DNA from: Sedimentisphaerales bacterium
GTDB taxonomy: Bacteria > Planctomycetota > Phycisphaerae > Sedimentisphaerales > Anaerobacaceae
Reading direction: 5' to 3'
DNA: 64,000 nt
Assembly (NCBI GenBank): GCA_040772485.1
Contig: JAXGYC010000008.1
Coordinates: 64,001-128,000, forward strand
The notes under the pieces were generated by a model. That model did no database searches and was not told the origin of the DNA. It saw only the letters and a program-made list of their open reading frames with translations. This document shows, piece after piece, positions 58,704 to 64,000 of the stretch (within the stretch, counting starts at the first letter, position 1; every line of letters starts with the position of its first letter). The position numbers and the translations under genes are program-made.

Positions 58704-60335
58704 CTATTGTCTCTCGAGGATCAGGACGAAGTCCTGGTCGGCCGGACTGGTTGCTTCCAGCCTGTTCTGACCGTAGACGATCTCAGCCGTGCTGTATTCG
58801 TTCTGGACTGGGTCGAACCATCGCCCGCGGTAGCGCCGGTTCAATGGGTTGCTCAGCTTGATCGTCTGCTGGACCGGCAGATACGCGATGACGCTATCGT
58901 GGCTGTCCGTCCTGGCCACCGAGACGAAATGGTTGTAGGTCTGGTCCCCAGGCTGTTCGAGGAGCAGTTCGGGACACGGGCGATAGCGCCACCAGGGCAG
59001 CGTCTGAATCATCCGGGCCAGATAGCCGATCTGAACGCTCCCCGGCAGCCTGATCGATTCGAACCAGGGCGTGACATCCGAGCCGCTTCCATGATTGAGG
59101 ATACTCTCGCCCGGGCGAATCCACGGCCAGATCCCGTTGGCGCCGTAGGTGATCCCGGCGATCGGTGTCGCCAGAAGGCTCCGGTACGAGGCGTTGCGGA
59201 CGTCGCGGGCGCTGATGCGACGGCCGATCTCCTCGTAATTCGGCTCCAGATTGATGATCGGCCGCGCCGGCAGCTTGTCCCAGTCATTGGCCATCGGGCC
59301 TTTGTTGATCCAGTCGACGGTTCCTTTGGCGTTGCTATGGCTCGACTGGTATCCGACGATGTCGAGCCAGTGCTCGTCGGCGTATTGACGGCCGATCCAC
59401 GAATGGCCCTGCGGATGTTGGGCCACCAGGCCGGGATGCTCATCGCCGAAGACGCCCTTTCCGATGTTCTTCCAACGTTGTTCGTACTCGCCGACATAGC
59501 GTCCGTCTCCGCCAAGAATCCAGACCACATGGTGGCCGCCGTACCGCGCGACTGTGTAGCGGGCCAGGAGGATCGCCTCATTCTCCGGCAGGTAGTAGCC
59601 GGGACTCAGCTCCCGACCGGCGGCCACCGGAAGCGCCCACAGCAGCACCGGCACCGCGATCAAGCCATGCTCGTTGACCTGATCGACCTTGTGATCGAGC
59701 CGCTGAAAGAAGGATGGATTGATGCGGATGCGTCCCGATCCGGTGAACGCCACCTCGCCGGCGCTGTCGACGTCGCAGCCCCGCCACTGCGTGGTCACGA
59801 ACTGAATGGCGGTGTAGCCGTTGGCAACGCGGTCCTGCAGGTAGGTGGTCCACTCCTTTTCCGTCGACTTCAGCGCGCCGTTCCAGGCGGTGCAGGCGCA
59901 CCAGAAGAAAGGCGTTCCATCGCTGTACGCCAGGTGATAAGCTCCTTTCGGGCGGACCAAGCTGCCCCTGGCATAGATAGGCAGCGTGCTATCCTGCGGG
60001 GCACACTCGAAGGAGCCTTTGACTTCGTGCAGCCCCCCATTGGCCTTGTCCGAGCACTGCGAGACGAACGTCCAGGTCCCCACCTCATCGGGGCAGAATC
60101 GGACGCGCCAGTCGCGGCCCCCATCCCAGAAACCGTTGACTCTCTTTGCCCGGCCGGTTGGCGAAGTGAATTCCACGACGAACTGCGCCACGTCGTACAG
60201 CGGATTGTCGTACGATTTGTCGCTGGCGAACTGCTTCTCATATCTGCCCCACTGCCCGACCGCATCGGCCGCGCTGCAAACAACAGAACACCCTAACAAC
60301 GCCGGAATCAAGGCCAGGGTCTTTGCTTTCATCAT
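58704..60335 (-). CDS. Secreted DUF5060/DUF4038 (apiosidase-like) putative glycoside hydrolase
   Basis: Signal peptide; GFWDGG...RFCPDEVGTW, DGTPFFW..TAW, VWILGGD, YQSSH, NLEPNYE, ITYGANGIW, WFDP. The true start is about 60335, not 61427. Confidence 0.82.
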   Translation of the reverse strand: MMKAKTLALIPALLGCSVVCSAADAVGQWGRYEKQFASDKSYDNPLYDVAQFVVEFTSPTGRAKRVNGFWDGGRDWRVRFCPDEVGTWTFVSQCSDKANGGLHEVKGSFECAPQDSTLPIYARGSLVRPKGAYHLAYSDGTPFFWCACTAWNGALKSTEKEWTTYLQDRVANGYTAIQFVTTQWRGCDVDSAGEVAFTGSGRIRINPSFFQRLDHKVDQVNEHGLIAVPVLLWALPVAAGRELSPGYYLPENEAILLARYTVARYGGHHVVWILGGDGRYVGEYEQRWKNIGKGVFGDEHPGLVAQHPQGHSWIGRQYADEHWLDIVGYQSSHSNAKGTVDWINKGPMANDWDKLPARPIINLEPNYEEIGRRISARDVRNASYRSLLATPIAGITYGANGIWPWIRPGESILNHGSGSDVTPWFESIRLPGSVQIGYLARMIQTLPWWRYRPCPELLLEQPGDQTYNHFVSVARTDSHDSVIAYLPVQQTIKLSNPLNRRYRGRWFDPVQNEYSTAEIVYGQNRLEATSPADQDFVLILERQ

Positions 60336-60358
60336 TGCTTTCTTCTCCATGGTAGAGT

Positions 60359-61345
60359 TCACTCTTCGACGCGAATGTTGTGTCGTCCCAGTCGGGCCAA
60401 CACCGTGTTGCGAACACTGTCGAGCAGCACGGCCAGAAAGATGATTGCCGCCGCGATCAACGGCTGCAGGTACAAATCCGTCCGTGTCGCCACGAGGCCC
60501 GCCCAGACCATCTGGATCAACAGCGCCCCCAGCACGGTGCCCGGAAAGACATTGCCGATTCCGCCGAACAGGCTCGCGCCGCCCAGCACCGCGGCCGCGA
60601 TCGCCTGGAATTCCACCATCTGACCGAACCCCGAGTTGACGTTGCCCAGTTGCGCCACAGAGACGAAGCCGCCGAGCGAAGCGAGAACGCCGCAGATGAC
60701 ATACGCCGTCGCCTGCACGCGCCGCGTGTCGACGCCGGCCTTGCGTGCGGCCTCCAGTCCATGCCCCACGGCGTAAATCTGCCGGCCCAGTGTCGTGCGG
60801 GTCAGCACAAGCCACGCCGTCAGCACCACCACCGCGAAGATCACAACGGGTACCGGAATCCCCAGCAGCTCGGCCGCGCCCAGCCCGGTGACACTCTGGG
60901 GAAACGTCACCGCCCGGCTCTTGCTCAACATCCATCCCAAGCCGCGCCCCGCGAACTGCGTCGCCAGCGTCACCACGAATGGAATGATGTGCAGCCGGGT
61001 GACCGCAAAGGCATTGAACAGCCCGAACAGGAGCCCCACGGTCAGACAGACCAGCAGCGCCGGCAGCGGCGAGATCGCAAACCGCTCCATCAGCAGGCCG
61101 GCCGCCACCGCCGAGACATACATGTTCGATCCGACCGACAGATCGATCCCCGCCGTCAACAAAACGACCGTCTCGCCGACCGCGATGATCCCGATGTAAG
61201 ACGCCTGCTTGGCGATATTCTCCAGGCTCTGGTATTCCAGGAAACGCGGCGCCAGCAGCCCAAAGACCACGAACGTCCCTGCGAACATCAGAATCGGAAC
61301 GTTCCGCAGCACCGCCGTCAATGTCCCCTGCTTCAGCGAGCCCAT
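60359..61345 (-). CDS. Monosaccharide ABC transporter permease (RbsC family)
   Basis: GIDLSVG, PFVVTL, GRQIYAVG, AIAAAVLGGASLFGG. Confidence 0.92.
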   Translation of the reverse strand: MGSLKQGTLTAVLRNVPILMFAGTFVVFGLLAPRFLEYQSLENIAKQASYIGIIAVGETVVLLTAGIDLSVGSNMYVSAVAAGLLMERFAISPLPALLVCLTVGLLFGLFNAFAVTRLHIIPFVVTLATQFAGRGLGWMLSKSRAVTFPQSVTGLGAAELLGIPVPVVIFAVVVLTAWLVLTRTTLGRQIYAVGHGLEAARKAGVDTRRVQATAYVICGVLASLGGFVSVAQLGNVNSGFGQMVEFQAIAAAVLGGASLFGGIGNVFPGTVLGALLIQMVWAGLVATRTDLYLQPLIAAAIIFLAVLLDSVRNTVLARLGRHNIRVEE

Positions 61346-62892
61346 CAGTTCGATGCTCCCGACGAACCACGCGGCCTGCGCTCGAGGTGCCCTTCGAACG
61401 CCGCCGCAAGAATCCGCTCTTTGTCAAACTCGTCCCGCCGGAACCGGCCGCAGATCCGTCCCTTGCTCATCACGAGCAGCGAATCGCAGATCCCCATCAG
61501 TTCCTCCAGTTCCGACGAGATGCACAACAGCCCGTTGCCCCGGTCCGCCAGATCGTTGATGATCGAATAGACCTCGTACCTGGCCCCCACGTCGATCCCG
61601 CGCGTGGGCTCGTCGAGAATACAGATGCTCGGCCGCCCGAGCAGCCATTTGCCGATCACGGTTTTCTGCTGGTTGCCGCCGGAGAGACTCTTGACCGCAG
61701 CCGTTCTCGGATTGACGCACTTGATCTTCAGCGACGCGATCATCTCGTCGACCGACCGCCGCAACGCGAGCCGATCCAACGTGCCCGGAACCCGATTGCG
61801 CCGGTAGTTCGGCAGAGCCACCAGCGCCATGTTCTCGGTTACCGGCGCCTCCATCAGCAGTCCCTCCTCCCGCCGATCCTCCGTGACAAAGGCCATCCCG
61901 GCGGCGATGCTCCTGCGCGCTGTCCGCCTGCGCCGGGGTTGTCCACACATGTCGATCGTGCCCGATCGAAACGGGTCCAGCCCGAACAGGATGCGCCCCA
62001 GCTCCGTCCGACCCGATCCCATCAACCCGAACAACCCGAGAATCTCGCCTTCATGCAGATCGAACGAGATGTCCTTCACGATGCCGGGTTCCGTCACGCC
62101 TGCGACCGACATGAGAACCTTGTCTTCCGGCTTGCCCCTGCGCATCGGATGAAGCTGGTCGATCTGCCGGCCCACCATCGCCGCAATCATCGCATCGATG
62201 TCGAATTCGGCCCTGGGGCCGGTGTGTACGACTTTGCCGTCGCGCAATACCGCAATCTCATCGGCCAGCTTGAGCACGTCGGCCAGCACATGACTGATAT
62301 AGAGAATCGTGCGTCCCTCACGGCGCAGCCGCTCGATCAGCGCAAAAAGCCGCTCGGTCTCACGGGAGGTCAGCGACGTGGTTGGCTCATCGAAGATGAT
62401 GATCTGCGCCCCGCCGTGCAGGGCCTTGGCGATCTCGACCAATTGTTTCTGCCCCGGCGTGAGCCGATCGACCCGTGTCCGAGGGGAGATGCTGAGATTG
62501 ACAGCGGCCAGCGCCTCTTTGGCCCGCCGCACAGCTTCGCGGCGATGAATCAGCGGCGTCCGCCCGATCCGGGGAAACCCGTCGATGAACAGGTTGTCGA
62601 GGATGCTCAGATGGGAAAAGAGGTTCAATTCCTGGTGGATAAACGCGATGCCGGCGCGCGTGGCTTCAGCCGGACTGCCGGCAGAATAGGGCCTCCCCTC
62701 CAAACGAATCTGCCCCTCGTCGGACGCGATCACCCCTCCGAGAATATTCATCAGCGTGCTCTTGCCCGCGCCGTTTTCGCCCACCAGCCCCAGCACCGTA
62801 CCGGGCCGCACCGCCAGAGTGATATCAGTCAGCGCCACAGCGCCGAAGAAGCTCTTGCTGACATGCTCGAATTGCAGAATCGGCTCGCTCAT
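61345..62892 (-). CDS. Monosaccharide ABC transporter ATP-binding protein (RbsA family)
   Basis: GENGAGKSTL, HQELNL, DEPTTSL, LSGGNQQK, DEPTRGIDVG. Confidence 0.95.
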   Translation of the reverse strand: MSEPILQFEHVSKSFFGAVALTDITLAVRPGTVLGLVGENGAGKSTLMNILGGVIASDEGQIRLEGRPYSAGSPAEATRAGIAFIHQELNLFSHLSILDNLFIDGFPRIGRTPLIHRREAVRRAKEALAAVNLSISPRTRVDRLTPGQKQLVEIAKALHGGAQIIIFDEPTTSLTSRETERLFALIERLRREGRTILYISHVLADVLKLADEIAVLRDGKVVHTGPRAEFDIDAMIAAMVGRQIDQLHPMRRGKPEDKVLMSVAGVTEPGIVKDISFDLHEGEILGLFGLMGSGRTELGRILFGLDPFRSGTIDMCGQPRRRRTARRSIAAGMAFVTEDRREEGLLMEAPVTENMALVALPNYRRNRVPGTLDRLALRRSVDEMIASLKIKCVNPRTAAVKSLSGGNQQKTVIGKWLLGRPSICILDEPTRGIDVGARYEVYSIINDLADRGNGLLCISSELEELMGICDSLLVMSKGRICGRFRRDEFDKERILAAAFEGHLERRPRGSSGASN

Positions 62893-64000
62893 GCCGTCGC
62901 CGTCCTCCCCATCGGGACCCGGCCCAGGCGAATGCGATTGCGAAGCACATCCAGCAGGGCCGCCACCAGGATCACGACGCCTTTGACGATATTGACGGTA
63001 TAGAACTTGAGGTTCAGCATATAGAGCGAGCTGTCCAGCAGGACGAAGAAGAGCACGCCGTAGAACGCCCAGCGCACTTTTCCCTTGCCGCCGAACAGGC
63101 TGATGCCGCCGATGACTGCCGCTCCGATGATGTCCAGCAGAACATTCTCACCCAGCGTGGGCCGGCCCGCGCCAAGACGGGACGAATACAGCACCGAGCC
63201 CAGCGCTGCACAGAACCCGCTGACCGCATAGGCCCAAACGATCACCCGGTCCGTGGGAACGCCTGACACGGTCGCCGCCCGGCGGTTCATCCCGACCGCG
63301 TACAGCCAGCGGCCCAGGATCGTCCGCGCCAGCACAAACCAGGCGGCCACCGCCAGCGCCAGGGCCGCAAAGAACGAATACGGCACCAGGCCCACCGAAC
63401 CCCGAGCGGTCGGCACGCGACCGAGATAGTTCTGTCCGATCGCCAGGAACGCCTCGGGAAGATTTCGCACGTTCTCACTGCGCGTGATGAAGATGGCCAG
63501 CCCGCTGAAGAAGAACATCGAGACCAGCGTCACCATGAACGGCGGCATCTTCAGCCTCGCCACCGCCAGGCCGTTGCCCGAGCCAATCAGCGTCCCGATC
63601 GCCAGCATGAAGGCAATCCCGACGGGCGCCGCCGCCACACTGCCGCCCGCCGGCCCGCCCTGCTCGCCGATGAACACACCCCACAATGGGTTCCGCGCGA
63701 ACAGCTCCGGGTCCAGCCCCGACGTCATCATCAGGGCCCCGCACACGCTGGTGATGGCCATGATGGAGGTCTGCGACAGATCGATCCCGCCGACGATCAG
63801 CACGAACATCTGCCCGATCACCAGCACCAGCAGAGGCCAGATGTTCGAGGACAGATTGCTCAGGTTCCGCGCGCTGCCCAGTCGCGGCAGGAAAATCCAG
63901 AGCACCAGGAAGTACGCCACCGACAGATACAGAACGAAGCTGTCCGACAGGAGCACCCGACCGATGACCACCTCTTTCAGACGGGCGATCCGTGTCTGTG
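62889..64000 (-). CDS. Monosaccharide ABC transporter permease (RbsC family); 5' end probably beyond window
   Basis: GGIDLS, PPFMVTL, GRWLYAVG, IGAAVIGGISLFGG. The frame stays open upstream of the GTG at 63971 to the window edge. Confidence 0.9.
   Translation of the reverse strand, partial: QTRIARLKEVVIGRVLLSDSFVLYLSVAYFLVLWIFLPRLGSARNLSNLSSNIWPLLVLVIGQMFVLIVGGIDLSQTSIMAITSVCGALMMTSGLDPELFARNPLWGVFIGEQGGPAGGSVAAAPVGIAFMLAIGTLIGSGNGLAVARLKMPPFMVTLVSMFFFSGLAIFITRSENVRNLPEAFLAIGQNYLGRVPTARGSVGLVPYSFFAALALAVAAWFVLARTILGRWLYAVGMNRRAATVSGVPTDRVIVWAYAVSGFCAALGSVLYSSRLGAGRPTLGENVLLDIIGAAVIGGISLFGGKGKVRWAFYGVLFFVLLDSSLYMLNLKFYTVNIVKGVVILVAALLDVLRNRIRLGRVPMGRTATA

Noticed and set aside
60336..61427. 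N-terminal extension of the 907-aa ORF 58704..61427
   Set aside because: It overlaps the RbsC permease in another frame; the signal peptide and SD place the real start near 60335.
1..64000. CRISPR arrays, tRNA/rRNA, transposases, integrases, prophage or defence genes
   Set aside because: None recognised by eye; intergenic gaps are short and show no regularly spaced repeats. tRNAscan/Infernal were not run.

Overview
A GC-rich bacterial window, densely coding. The gene content (three prepilin-type 'FTLIELLVV' proteins, large secreted LamG proteins, PQQ-like beta-propellers, a VP-CTERM-like sorting tail) points to Planctomycetota, probably Phycisphaerae/Sedimentisphaerales; this taxonomy is an inference. 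There are three blocks. (1) 1-19.9 kb holds glycan-related genes: LamG/prepilin, DUF4832, DAGK, two URO-D-like proteins, two Gfo/Idh/MocA proteins (one GH109-like), DUF4091, an SSS transporter, GH130 and GH18. (2) 19.9-40.2 kb is a divergent cluster of five exported beta-propeller proteins, four with an embedded SAM-methyltransferase-like domain and a conserved 4-Cys motif, in fused, permuted and split arrangements. It also holds a lipoprotein methyltransferase, a MacB/FtsX-type ABC pair, a CxC membrane-anchored protein and a prepilin. This block is my best candidate for an undescribed envelope system. (3) 41-64 kb is a long minus-strand sugar uptake/catabolism region: Rbs-type ABC, DUF4038, SIS, Zn-dehydrogenase, SAF oxidoreductase, FGGY kinase, a truncated XylR, prepilin+LamG, a fucose-isomerase-family gene, two bi-domain putative glycosidases and GH28. 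Non-coding highlights are GTAG-type REP elements: one perfect 58-bp doublet sits in frame inside a protein and others supply stop codons. I saw no rRNA, tRNA, CRISPR array or transposase. Family calls come from motif recognition only; no database search was run.
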